Positions 10,901 to 19,389 are shown, counted from the stretch's first letter. The stretch: 64,000 bases of DNA from Candidatus Omnitrophota bacterium (GCA_026387175.1 JAPLME010000008.1:149883-213882); one strand, 5' to 3'. Notes: a model not told the origin generated them from the letters alone. Numbers and translations are program-made.

Positions 10901-11622
10901 TTAAGGAAAAGCTCGATAAGATGGGACCAGTGAACCTGGTTGCCATAGATGAGCATAAAGAGCTGGAGGAGCGGTATAATTTTCTGGTCCATCAGCAGGA
11001 AGATCTGGTCAATGCCAAAGATTCGCTGTTAAAGGCCATTCAAAAGATAAATAAGACGACGAAGGACCTTTTCCTGGAGACCTTCCAGAAGATACAGGTT
11101 GAATTCAAGAACTTCTTCAGGATGCTCTTCGGCGGAGGCCAGGCCGAACTGGTCCTTATAGATGAGCAGGATATACTGGAATCCGGCATAGAGATCGTGG
11201 TGCGCCCTCCCGGTAAAAAATTACAGAATATGATGTTGTTGTCCGGCGGCGAAAAAGCCATGACGGCGTGCGCGCTGCTCTTTGCGATATTCAAGGTTAA
11301 GCCGAGCCCCTTCTGTGTGCTGGACGAACTGGATGCGCCTTTAGATGAATCTAATGTCATGAGGTTCACCAGCGTCCTGAAAGAGTTCATCAAAATATCA
11401 CAGTTTATCATCATCACGCATAATAAGCGCACAATGGAACTTGCCGATATCATCTACGGTATCACAATGCAGGAACGAGGCGTCTCGAAGATAGTTTCGG
11501 TAAAGTTTCTTGATGATCGTAAGAAGACGGAAAATATCGAAAAACCGGCTTTAGAACCGCAGCCAGCCGGTCAGGCCGCCCAGCCGGCGGCATCCGCGGA
11601 ACCTCTGGTCAATCCTTCGTAG
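7972..11622 (+). CDS. smc: Chromosome segregation protein SMC
   Basis: GFKSFA, GPNGCGKSN, long coiled coils with hinge, LSGGEKA, LDELDAPLD. Confidence 0.97.
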   Translation: MHFKSLELVGFKSFAEKTKLNFEPGVTAVVGPNGCGKSNIADSIRWVLGEQSAKSLRASNMQDVIFNGTDTKDPINFAEVSLTFSNEKRTLPIDYDEVTITRRVFRSGDSEYLLNKTPVRLKDIADLLMGTGIGTESYSIIEQGKMDLILSSKPEDRRYVFEEASGITKYKSKKKEALRKLEQTEQNLLRINDIITEVKRQINSIERQAKKAERYKVDYEKLKDMEVKLTCREYKGLKMQEATFTVENEDTKARERDLSGEINAIALKISEERQALNEVNNKILNLRNRSSEISNSLDMNKHKIEIDKERIEEARILQEGLNREIKSATDKINNAKEQVGKLKIDLDRAVSERALKQKTVEEHELLLSNIARELEETEEKAKVFKIQIVEFLAKETHIKNDLIKIGADVQNRKMRQRRLEIEKDEVGKELESTEGALSGVLVEFKTIEDKVVGLKTGLEAKKLANEEVISAIENIESDIAREENNKAATRSKIEMLEESLKTHEGFKSGVKNLLIKANEDKVSFSGVLGVLADIIKVEKGYEEAVSTLLGDDAQLIITENDNDIVRAIEYLKNGRFGKASFVSLETLRKVSRSADLRLNEALHKPLSSFVHIDERLKPVIEYFFVNSYLIESVEEGMRSCGASPAVFVTKSGHMFDNCKVSGGSASEGEESLLIGRRQRLDDLRNELRTCEERGIALVAVRDEKKSAGRALETEIESTDSALRQEEINYANAKTKKDAQEEAGRKLADEMFLLGSELDEVNQIINDLTAKGTALNIELNKIEVEKTSMQEFIDRSQAFILDKKSERERTALEMATLRAEVQSQEKEEENVRNNLKSQEAIVFELEDTLYAKDALAKESSEKAKSLECEIGNLTSQNQILENDLKILNEESSAVEGSRADIGARLNMDETQLKEKEAQLETFRNLIRDLDVKLTELNFKKSNLKDRMLQAHKFDLEMTPVELDEQIDWESISVQVSELKEKLDKMGPVNLVAIDEHKELEERYNFLVHQQEDLVNAKDSLLKAIQKINKTTKDLFLETFQKIQVEFKNFFRMLFGGGQAELVLIDEQDILESGIEIVVRPPGKKLQNMMLLSGGEKAMTACALLFAIFKVKPSPFCVLDELDAPLDESNVMRFTSVLKEFIKISQFIIITHNKRTMELADIIYGITMQERGVSKIVSVKFLDDRKKTENIEKPALEPQPAGQAAQPAASAEPLVNPS

Positions 11623-12817
11623 GCCTGTTATCTTTCATTGCGCTGGAATACAGGAAGGTCTTATTCTTTCCGGCATGTTTCGCTTCATATAACGCGATGT
11701 CGGCGCGGGATATCAGGTCGCCCTTATTGGCGGCGTCATCCGGATAGGTGGCTATGCCGCAGCTTACCGTGAGCCTATGGCTCGCGTCAATCCCCGGCTC
11801 ATTCGCGAATGCGTTTTCGACTTCGACGCGAAGCCGTTCTGAAAATAATCCCGCGCTCTCCTTAGAAGTGCTTGGCATGATTATGCCGAATTCCTCACCG
11901 CCGTATCTTGCGGCTATATCGCATTTCCTGGACTTATTTTTCAGCACAAGGGCGAGCTTTTTAAGCGCGTCATCGCCTTTCATGTGGCCAAGAGTGTCGT
12001 TATAGTGCTTAAAATTATCGACATCTATCATGATAAGGCTCAGCTGTGTCTCGCTGATCTTGGATTTCTCAATTTCATATGAAAGGTGCTGGTGGAATTT
12101 ACCGTAGTTCCAGAGCTTAGTGAGCCAGTCTGTATTCGACAGATAGACGGTTTCTTCATAAAGGCGGGAATTCTCTATGGCCAGGCCAGCATGGCTCGCG
12201 AACATCGTCAGCATCTTTATATCGGACTTTGTTATGGGTTTCTTATTAAAGATGTTATCGACCAGGATCGCGCCCACGACCTTGTCTTTAGCTTTAAGCG
12301 GTACAGTTACGAAGAAGTCGGTGTTAAGATTCCTCTGCATCTCGGGGTCGACGATCTTTTTGGCCTCGTGAGTTGTGATCTCAAAGGTCATGCCTTCGAG
12401 AATGGTGAGCGCGAGTATCCCCATATCCTCGCGAAGAGGTATCTTTATCCCTTTGACTATCTGATTTAATTTCGAATCGGGGTCTCTCTTGAAGGTATCG
12501 TAGGATGAAATAAAATCGTCGAGGGTCATCTTGCTCTCGGATATCGCGTGCCAGATCTTGCCGGCCTCTTCGCCGGTGTGGGGGCCTATGCCCATGATGC
12601 CTTCCAGGACGCTTTCTTTGTCGTTAACCAGGAAGAGCATCGCGCGGTTGAATCCGAGCCCTTCATGAGAAGTCAAGGCGGTAAGTATTATATACAATAC
12701 CTGATCCAGCTTGAGGGTGGTCCTCATCGCGTTAGAGATCTCGAAGAGCATCGAAAATTCCCACTCGAGCCTCTTAAGTTCCTGCTTTAAAGTGTTTTCG
12801 TCGTATTTTTCTGTCAA
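11609..12817 (-). CDS. GAF-containing diguanylate cyclase
   Basis: N-terminal GAF-like region; DVDNFKHYNDTLGH, RKCD (RxxD I-site), RYGGEEF. Confidence 0.9.
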   Translation of the reverse strand: MTEKYDENTLKQELKRLEWEFSMLFEISNAMRTTLKLDQVLYIILTALTSHEGLGFNRAMLFLVNDKESVLEGIMGIGPHTGEEAGKIWHAISESKMTLDDFISSYDTFKRDPDSKLNQIVKGIKIPLREDMGILALTILEGMTFEITTHEAKKIVDPEMQRNLNTDFFVTVPLKAKDKVVGAILVDNIFNKKPITKSDIKMLTMFASHAGLAIENSRLYEETVYLSNTDWLTKLWNYGKFHQHLSYEIEKSKISETQLSLIMIDVDNFKHYNDTLGHMKGDDALKKLALVLKNKSRKCDIAARYGGEEFGIIMPSTSKESAGLFSERLRVEVENAFANEPGIDASHRLTVSCGIATYPDDAANKGDLISRADIALYEAKHAGKNKTFLYSSAMKDNRPTKD

Positions 12818-13236
12818 GGCGTGGCTGCTTTTTTGGGGGCCGGAAGTTTTTTCAAATTGCCGAACATAACTCCTATGGCAACTTCTTTGTCGTCGGTTTT
12901 CCTTGCCATTACCCTTACGGGGTCGCCGACTTTAAGCTCGGATATATCCGTAACCTTGGTTACGCTGGTCGACGGCGCGATCTCTACTATATGGAGCTGG
13001 TTATCGCGTTCGCCGTTCACTTCGATCTTTATCCTTGACGGGTCCGCCGTATCTATTTTTGATATATTGCCCAATATCATGCTAAATCCGGATTTTACAG
13101 CTCCTCTGGGATTCACGAGTTTCTGTTCCGCCGCCATTTGGCCGTTTTTGCCGGTGTTTTCGTCAACCGCTGATCCTGCCGCGGTGAATGTAAGTGAGAA
13201 AGCTATGGCCAATGCAAAAGTAAATGATCTCTTCAT
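12814..13236 (-). CDS. Hypothetical exported protein
   Basis: Signal-peptide-like MKRSFTFALAIAFSLTFTAAGSA after a GGAGG RBS; 4-bp overlap with the GGDEF gene. Confidence 0.7.
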   Translation of the reverse strand: MKRSFTFALAIAFSLTFTAAGSAVDENTGKNGQMAAEQKLVNPRGAVKSGFSMILGNISKIDTADPSRIKIEVNGERDNQLHIVEIAPSTSVTKVTDISELKVGDPVRVMARKTDDKEVAIGVMFGNLKKLPAPKKAATP

Positions 13237-13276
13237 CTTTAACCTCCAAAATATAGCTGATTTTATCATATATGGC

Positions 13277-13304
13277 TTGACAAGTCATTAGAAATCGATA
13301 TAAT
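13277..13304 (+). promoter_or_regulatory. Sigma70 promoter of the rib operon
   Basis: Exact TTGACA-16 bp-TATAAT ending 6 nt before riboswitch P1. Confidence 0.8.
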
Positions 13305-13307
13305 GAA

Positions 13308-13445
13308 GGGGTCTTCGGGGTGGGGTGACCTGCATTGGCGGGAATTCCCCGGCCGGCGGTAAAGCCCGCGAGTCCCTGTGTCCGAGGGGCAGAACTTGTG
13401 AGATTCAAGTGCCGACAGTACAGACTGGATGGTAGAAGACGCCTC
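13308..13445 (+). ncRNA. FMN riboswitch (RFN element)
   Basis: GTCTTCGGGG...GGCCGGCGGTAAAGCCCGCGAG...GTGAGATTC...GCCGACAGT...CTGGATGGTAGAAGAC upstream of ribBA. Confidence 0.95.
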
Positions 13446-13483
13446 GGCAGATGCTGTGCCGTACAAAAAGAGAGATATCTTGT

Positions 13484-13512
13484 AACCCCCGAAGCTTTTT
13501 AGGGGGTTTTTT
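13484..13512 (+). terminator. Riboswitch-controlled intrinsic terminator
   Basis: AACCCCC/GGGGGTT stem plus T-run; its 5' arm CCCCGAAG is complementary to CTTCGGGG at the aptamer start (antiterminator). Confidence 0.8.
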
Positions 13513-13532
13513 ATTTTGAGGAGCGAAAAAAC

Positions 13533-14729
13533 ATGAAACTGAATACGATTCCAGAAGTTCTCAGCGACCTTAAAAAAGGCAAGATGGTCATAGTCATAGA
13601 TGATGAGGACCGCGAAAACGAAGGTGATCTCATAATGGCGGGACAATTTACCAGGCCCGAAGATATAAATTTCATGGCCCGTGAAGGTCGCGGCCTGATA
13701 TGCGTCCCTATGGAAGGAGCCAGGCTGGATGAGCTTGACCTGCATCCGATGTCGTCCAGAGCTTTTGACCCGTATAAGACCGGCTGGGCGATATCCTGTG
13801 ACGCGAAGAAAGGAATAACTACAGGCATTTCAGCAAACGACAGGGCGCGCACCATAAATATTTTGGCAAGTTCCAAATCGAAGGCATCTGATCTGGTCAA
13901 GCCCGGGCATATCTTTCCGTTAAGAGCTAATGAAGGCGGCGTCCTCGTCAGGGCCGGCCACACAGAGGCATGCGTTGATCTGATGAAGCTATCCAGGCTG
14001 TATCCAGCCGGTGTTATATGCGAGATAATGAAGGACGACGGCACGATGGCCAGGACCCCCGATTTAATAGCATTCGCCGGCACGCACTCCTTGAAGATAT
14101 GCACCATGGAGAGCCTGATAGAGTACAGGCGTAAGTCTGAAAAGCTGATCAAGAGAATAGCGCAGACAAATATGCCTACGCCTTTCGGCAATTTTAAAGT
14201 CTTTGTTTACGAGTCGCTCGTCGATAAACAGCATCACCTCGCCCTTATCAAGGGAAGGCCCGACAAAAATGACGCGCTGGTCAGGGTGCATTCGGAATGC
14301 CTGACAGGAGATGTATTCGGATCCAAAAGATGCGACTGCGGCGAACAGCTTCATACCGCGATGAAGCTGGTAGATAAGAACGGAAGCGGCGTTATACTAT
14401 ATATGAGACAAGAGGGTCGCGGCATAGGGTTGGCTAATAAGTTGCGGGCTTATGAGCTGCAGGACAAAGGGATGGATACCGTTGAGGCCAATGAAGCCCT
14501 GGGTTTTAAGCCCGATCTGAGGGATTATGGTATAGGGGCGCAGATACTCGCGGATCTGGGATTGAAGAATATAAGGCTCCTTACGAATAACCCGAAAAAG
14601 ATAGTGGGTCTGGAGGGGTATGGCCTTAAGGTGATAGAGAGAGTGCCGATACATGTCCTGGCGAACAAGGCCAACGCAAAATATCTTAGGACCAAGAGGG
14701 AGAAACTGGGTCACGACTTGAAAGTGTGA
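13533..14729 (+). CDS. ribBA: Bifunctional DHBP synthase / GTP cyclohydrolase II
   Basis: DDEDRENEGDL, RAGHTEA, RVHSECLTGD, RQEGRGIGL. Confidence 0.97.
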   Translation: MKLNTIPEVLSDLKKGKMVIVIDDEDRENEGDLIMAGQFTRPEDINFMAREGRGLICVPMEGARLDELDLHPMSSRAFDPYKTGWAISCDAKKGITTGISANDRARTINILASSKSKASDLVKPGHIFPLRANEGGVLVRAGHTEACVDLMKLSRLYPAGVICEIMKDDGTMARTPDLIAFAGTHSLKICTMESLIEYRRKSEKLIKRIAQTNMPTPFGNFKVFVYESLVDKQHHLALIKGRPDKNDALVRVHSECLTGDVFGSKRCDCGEQLHTAMKLVDKNGSGVILYMRQEGRGIGLANKLRAYELQDKGMDTVEANEALGFKPDLRDYGIGAQILADLGLKNIRLLTNNPKKIVGLEGYGLKVIERVPIHVLANKANAKYLRTKREKLGHDLKV

Positions 14730-14802
14730 TGTAAATAAAAGGCCGATATCAGGGATATCGGCACTTAGCCTACGATAAGGCTGAATAAACTAGGAGGGTA
14801 AC

Positions 14803-15267
14803 ATGGTAAATGTGATAAAGGCGGATTTGGTTGCAAAGGGGAAGAAGTTCGCGATAACCATATCGCGGTTCAACGAGTTTATATCATCGAAGCTTCTTGA
14901 GGGATGCATCGACACACTTAATCGTCATGGTGTCCAGGAGAATTCGATAGATGTGGTGTGGGTGCCGGGGGCATTCGAAATACCGATGATCGCGCAAAAG
15001 TGCGCGAAGTCAAAAAAGTACGACGCGGTTATATGCCTAGGTACGGTCATAAGAGGCGCGACGCCTCATTTTGAGTTTGTGGCGAGCGAGGCCGCCAAAG
15101 GTGTCGCGAAGATATCGCTCGATACTAATGTGCCGTGCATATTCGGCATCATCACAGCCGATAATATCGAGCAGGCGATCGAGAGGGCTGGCACGAAGGA
15201 CGGCAACAAGGGCCGCGACGCGGCGCTCTCGGCCATCGAGATGGCTAATCTGTACGCGAAGCTATAG
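14803..15267 (+). CDS. ribH: 6,7-dimethyl-8-ribityllumazine synthase
   Basis: [27 protein letters not shown]. Confidence 0.97.
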   Translation: MVNVIKADLVAKGKKFAITISRFNEFISSKLLEGCIDTLNRHGVQENSIDVVWVPGAFEIPMIAQKCAKSKKYDAVICLGTVIRGATPHFEFVASEAAKGVAKISLDTNVPCIFGIITADNIEQAIERAGTKDGNKGRDAALSAIEMANLYAKL

Positions 15268-15558
15268 ATTTTTCGGCTGCAAGCGATAGTCTAGAGCCTT
15301 CGGGCACTTGCTTTCGCTTGTTGCGGTTTATCCCTCGCGGGGCGGTGCTTCGCAGGGACGCGAAATTTCCCCTGCGAGGAAATTTCGCTCGGAAAGATCG
15401 CTCGCTCTTTTTGGCATACAGGTATACCAGGGCCAAAAATCCGTGCCCGCTCGCGACTTTCGACGCCCTGCTTAGCACCGCCCCCGCGAGGGATAACTGA
15501 GTAACGAAGAAGATAGTGCCCAAAAGCTCCCTGCACTATGCAAGGAGCCGAAAAAATT
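15268..15558. repeat. Nested palindromic element B1
   Basis: Outer arms ATTTTTCGGCT/AGCCGAAAAAAT; stems 15294-15308/15515-15529 and 15328-15349/15474-15496; core nearly identical to 24088-24296. Confidence 0.9.
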
Positions 15559-15602
15559 ACTGGGGGTAGTGAGCAGAGAGTGAGATTGTAACAGTGAACG
15601 GA

Positions 15603-15821
15603 GGCGAAAATATCCTTCAGTACGTCAGATGGCGGAACTTTTGGGCGATGCTGAAGCGACTTTATAAAATTTCGATACCTATAGGCGGTACAGGCTTTAT
15701 CATCGAAATTTTATCAAGAGCGAGCGAGGAAGCCTATTCCGAGCGAGCGGCAAGCGGAAGCATTGACCGAAAGTAAACGCCGGACTGAGATGTTTCTAGG
15801 ATATTTTCGCTGTAGTGAGGA
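15603..15821 (+). repeat. Nested palindromic element A3 with GTAGTGAGGA tail
   Basis: GGCGAAAATATCCT/AGGATATTTTCGCT arms; core shared with A2, second layer shared with A5. Confidence 0.9.
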
Positions 15822-15912
15822 TATTTTCAGTGCGAACCATAACTTCGGTTTAGGTCCAAACTGGAATTTGAAGGATGCTGTTGCCGTAGTTGCAAATGAA
15901 TGAGGAGGGAAG

Positions 15913-16332
15913 ATGAGGAAGCGAACAGTCGCGAGAGAATCTGCGCTTAAGATACTATATGCGGTCGATATTACGAAAGAAGCGCCGGACAAATGCATAG
16001 ATAATTTTTGGTTGTCGCAGGATAAAGTGGAAAAAGAGGTGATGAGTTACGCTAACGATATTGTCCTTGGCGTCTGCCATAATAAAGCGCGTATCGATAA
16101 GGTGGTATCGGAATGCGCGACGAATTGGGAGCTCGACAGGATGGCGGTTATAGACCGCAATATACTACGATTAGGTACGTACGAGCTTATATTTATGGAA
16201 GAGGTCCCGCCGAAGGTCGCCATCAATGAAGCGATCGATATCGCAAAGAGATACGGCGATAAAGACTCCGGAAAATTCGTGAACGGTGTGCTCGACAAGA
16301 TCAGTAAGGAAAAGAGAAAACCGTCCGAATGA
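15913..16332 (+). CDS. nusB: Transcription antitermination factor NusB
   Basis: RTVARESAL, DRNILRL, VAINEAIDIAK, FVNGVLD; GAGGAGG RBS. Confidence 0.96.
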   Translation: MRKRTVARESALKILYAVDITKEAPDKCIDNFWLSQDKVEKEVMSYANDIVLGVCHNKARIDKVVSECATNWELDRMAVIDRNILRLGTYELIFMEEVPPKVAINEAIDIAKRYGDKDSGKFVNGVLDKISKEKRKPSE

Positions 16333-17165
16333 AGTACGCCGATCTGCATGTCCACACGTTCTATTCCGATTCGACTTTTTCGCCGGAGGAGGTGGTTTCC
16401 TGCGCCAGGGACAGGGCGCTTGCGGCCATAGCCATATGCGACCATGACTCCGTGGACGGAATAGAGCCTTGCCTGGCGATCGGAGATAAGCTGGGTGTTG
16501 AGATATTACCGGGTATCGAGCTTAGCGCGGAGAAATCCGACGCCGAGATCCATATACTCGGATACTTGATGGATTATAATCTCGGCTGGCTTCGCAAACG
16601 GCTCAAAGAGCTTCAGGAAGCCCGCATAGACCGTATCCATAAGATGGTTGAGAGACTGAACTCCAAAGGCATCGACCTGAAAGCTGAAGATGTCTTTAAG
16701 ATCGCGGGCCGCGGCACGGTCGGAAGGCTGCATCTGGCGCTTGCGATATTAAATACGGGAAAAGTGAAGACGATAAAAGATGTTTTCGGAAAGTATATAG
16801 GTTTTAGAAAGCCCTGTTATGTGGCAAATTTGAAATTAACTCCGGAGGAGGCTATAAGTATTGTCCTGAGAGCCGGAGGGGTTCCGGTGCTGGCCCACCC
16901 CGGTTGTATGGGCAGGGACGAGTATATACCGGAACTGATCGGGCATGGACTTCGCGGAATTGAGGTTTATCATACGGATCATGGCGCAGGCGCGGTTAAA
17001 CGATATCAGAAGATAGCAGAAAAGAACGATCTCCTTGTCACGGGCGGATCCGACTGCCATGGCCTCGGAAAAGGGAGGATTCTGCTGGGGGAAGTCAGGG
17101 TGCCTTATACGCTTGTAGAGAGATTGAAGGAAGAGTCGGGAAAGATCAAGAATGAACACAGATAA
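16329..17165 (+). CDS. PHP-domain phosphoesterase (YciV/TrpH-like)
   Basis: DLHVHT..SD, CDHD, HILGY, LAHP, GGSDCHG. Confidence 0.88.
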   Translation: MKYADLHVHTFYSDSTFSPEEVVSCARDRALAAIAICDHDSVDGIEPCLAIGDKLGVEILPGIELSAEKSDAEIHILGYLMDYNLGWLRKRLKELQEARIDRIHKMVERLNSKGIDLKAEDVFKIAGRGTVGRLHLALAILNTGKVKTIKDVFGKYIGFRKPCYVANLKLTPEEAISIVLRAGGVPVLAHPGCMGRDEYIPELIGHGLRGIEVYHTDHGAGAVKRYQKIAEKNDLLVTGGSDCHGLGKGRILLGEVRVPYTLVERLKEESGKIKNEHR

Positions 17166-18243
17166 GAAATATATGTCGCTGGCCATAGAGCTCGCTAAAA
17201 AAGCTGAGGGACGGACGAGCCCCAATCCGCTCGTCGGAGCCGTTATAGTAAAAAGAGGCAAGATAGTCGGGAAAGGTTATCATAAAAAATGCGGCCTCCC
17301 GCACGCGGAAATGAATGCTATAAAGGCCGCCGGAGATGCGGCTGGAGGCTCTACGCTGTATGTCACGATGGAGCCCTGCGATCATTACGGCCGGACCCCG
17401 CCCTGCACTGATGCGATCATAAAGAGCGGGATAAAAAGAGTTGTTATAGCGATGAAGGACCCTAATCCGATAACTGACGGACGCGGTATAAAAAAACTTA
17501 AAGCGCATAAGATAAATACGAAAGTCGGCGTCCTGGAAAAAGAGGCGCGGGCCATAAACAGGCCTTTCATAAAATTTATTACAAAAAAATTGCCGTTCGT
17601 CAGGGTCAAAGTCGCTGAGTCGATCGACGGCAAGATAGCCACAAAGAGCGGAGATTCGAAATGGATAAGCGGGGAAGCGTCGCGCCGGTATGTGCACGGC
17701 TTGCGCAGCAGAGTAGATGCCGTTATGGTCGGCTCCGGGACTGTGCTTAAAGACGATCCAATGCTTTTATGCAGGATACCTGGAGCAAAACAGCCTCTTA
17801 GGATAATAGCGGACAGCAGTTTAAAGATGCCGTTTACTTCAAAACTGTTTTCCACGGCCGGCAGCCATTCGGTCCTGATCGCCACCACGAAAAAGGCCCC
17901 TTTCAAGAAAGCCGAAGTGTATGCGAGAAACGGTATAAGCCTGTTATTCTGCAAAATAAAGAATAACAGAATAGATCTTAAGGACCTATTGAAAAAACTG
18001 TCATGGCTGGGCGTTACCGATCTTTTAGTCGAGGGCGGAGGCGAGCTGGTGGCGGGCCTCGTCGAGAAGAAGCTCGTAGATCAATTCATATTTTTCATAT
18101 CTCCGAAAATAATAGGCGGCAGGGACGCGAAGACAGCCGTGGAGGGCACAGGCGTCGATAAAGTCGCCGACGCGGTAAAGCTTAAAAATATTTCGATACG
18201 GATGTTCGAAGACGATGTAATGATAGAGGCGGAGGCCGCTTAA
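17152..18243 (+). CDS. ribD: Riboflavin biosynthesis deaminase/reductase
   Basis: PNPLVGAV, HAE, EPCDHYGRTPPC, VEGGG. Confidence 0.96.
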   Translation: MNTDKKYMSLAIELAKKAEGRTSPNPLVGAVIVKRGKIVGKGYHKKCGLPHAEMNAIKAAGDAAGGSTLYVTMEPCDHYGRTPPCTDAIIKSGIKRVVIAMKDPNPITDGRGIKKLKAHKINTKVGVLEKEARAINRPFIKFITKKLPFVRVKVAESIDGKIATKSGDSKWISGEASRRYVHGLRSRVDAVMVGSGTVLKDDPMLLCRIPGAKQPLRIIADSSLKMPFTSKLFSTAGSHSVLIATTKKAPFKKAEVYARNGISLLFCKIKNNRIDLKDLLKKLSWLGVTDLLVEGGGELVAGLVEKKLVDQFIFFISPKIIGGRDAKTAVEGTGVDKVADAVKLKNISIRMFEDDVMIEAEAA

Positions 18244-18878
18244 TGTTTACTGGCATTATACAAGAGTTAGGAAGCGTGCAGAATATCAATAGAGTCGGCA
18301 ATATTTACAAACTCGATATCCGCTCGAACAGCATATATAAAGACGTCAGGATAGGTGACAGCGTCGCTGTCAACGGTGTCTGCCTGACTGCGGTCTCTAA
18401 AAAGAAAGATATATTGAGTTTCGATCTGATGGCAGAGACGATACGCAATACGAGCTTTGCCGGATTGAAGAATAACGACAGGGTCAACCTGGAAAGATCT
18501 CTGAAAGCGGGTGAGACGCTGGACGGGCATTTCGTCTTGGGGCACATCGATTGCGCGGGAGTAATAAAAAATATCAGGAAGATAGGCGATGATTTTATGA
18601 TAAGTATCGCCTTTCCCGGCGGCTTCGACCGTCTTGTGGTCGAGAAGGGATCGATCGCGGTAGATGGTGTGAGCCTTACGGTAAGCCATGCGGGCAAAGA
18701 TACGTTCGATGTCCACATCATACCGCATACATTGAAATCCACGATACTCGGTACAAAAAAATCGGGTGACAAAGTGAACCTCGAATTCGATATACTGGGG
18801 AAGTATATCGCAAAAGAAAGGGATGCCGGCAGCCGGCCGCGCGTAACGGAGGAATTCCTGCGAAGCAAAGGATTCTAA
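18243..18878 (+). CDS. ribE: Riboflavin synthase (alpha chain)
   Basis: MFTGII, VNGVCLT, VNLERS, GHFVLGHID. Confidence 0.95.
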   Translation: MFTGIIQELGSVQNINRVGNIYKLDIRSNSIYKDVRIGDSVAVNGVCLTAVSKKKDILSFDLMAETIRNTSFAGLKNNDRVNLERSLKAGETLDGHFVLGHIDCAGVIKNIRKIGDDFMISIAFPGGFDRLVVEKGSIAVDGVSLTVSHAGKDTFDVHIIPHTLKSTILGTKKSGDKVNLEFDILGKYIAKERDAGSRPRVTEEFLRSKGF

Positions 18879-18941
18879 AGTATTATTTGAAAATAGCTAT
18901 ATATAATGATATATTTAGCTATAAAGAAGGGGAGGTATGAT

Positions 18942-19364
18942 ATGGCGATAAGGAAGATGATTGCATTGGTGATCGCGGTTACTTTTATGGTGAGCATTAC
19001 CTCGCCGGTATTATTCGCGTCTTGCGGGACTTGCGGTAAACCTGCATCGGATGCCGAATGCGCTAAGGTGATGGCGAAGGATACGTGCGATAAACCCAAA
19101 GGAGACCCGCTGAGGAAATTAGGCCGAGGATTGGCCAATTGCCTGACTTTCCCCATTGAGATACCGAACCGTATATCCGACGTAAATAATTCCGACGGCC
19201 CGATGGCTGCGGTTACATACGGCCTGGTCAAGGGCACTGTAATGAGTCTCTTTAGAGCGATGATCGGGGCATATGAAGTCCTGACCTTCCCGATCCCGTT
19301 TCCGGGCGGTTACAGGCCTATAATTAAAGATCCTGAATTTATACTGGAAGACTGGAACGCCTAA
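18942..19364 (+). CDS. Putative exosortase-system-associated protein (TIGR04073-like), exported
   Basis: Signal peptide, then PLRKLGRGLAN...EIP...R...GAYEVLTFPIP; GGAGG RBS before ATG 18942. Confidence 0.7.
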   Translation: MAIRKMIALVIAVTFMVSITSPVLFASCGTCGKPASDAECAKVMAKDTCDKPKGDPLRKLGRGLANCLTFPIEIPNRISDVNNSDGPMAAVTYGLVKGTVMSLFRAMIGAYEVLTFPIPFPGGYRPIIKDPEFILEDWNA

Positions 19365-19389
19365 GAATCATAAACTGTTTGAGTAATTT

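Noticed and set aside
15245-15536. Short ORFs over B1 sharing a peptide (SKVASGHGFLALV...KKSERSFRAKFPRRGNFAS) with the ORF at 24074-24460
   Set aside because: The similarity follows from the DNA repeat. Starts and stops differ, there is no RBS, and substitutions track base pairing rather than codon position.
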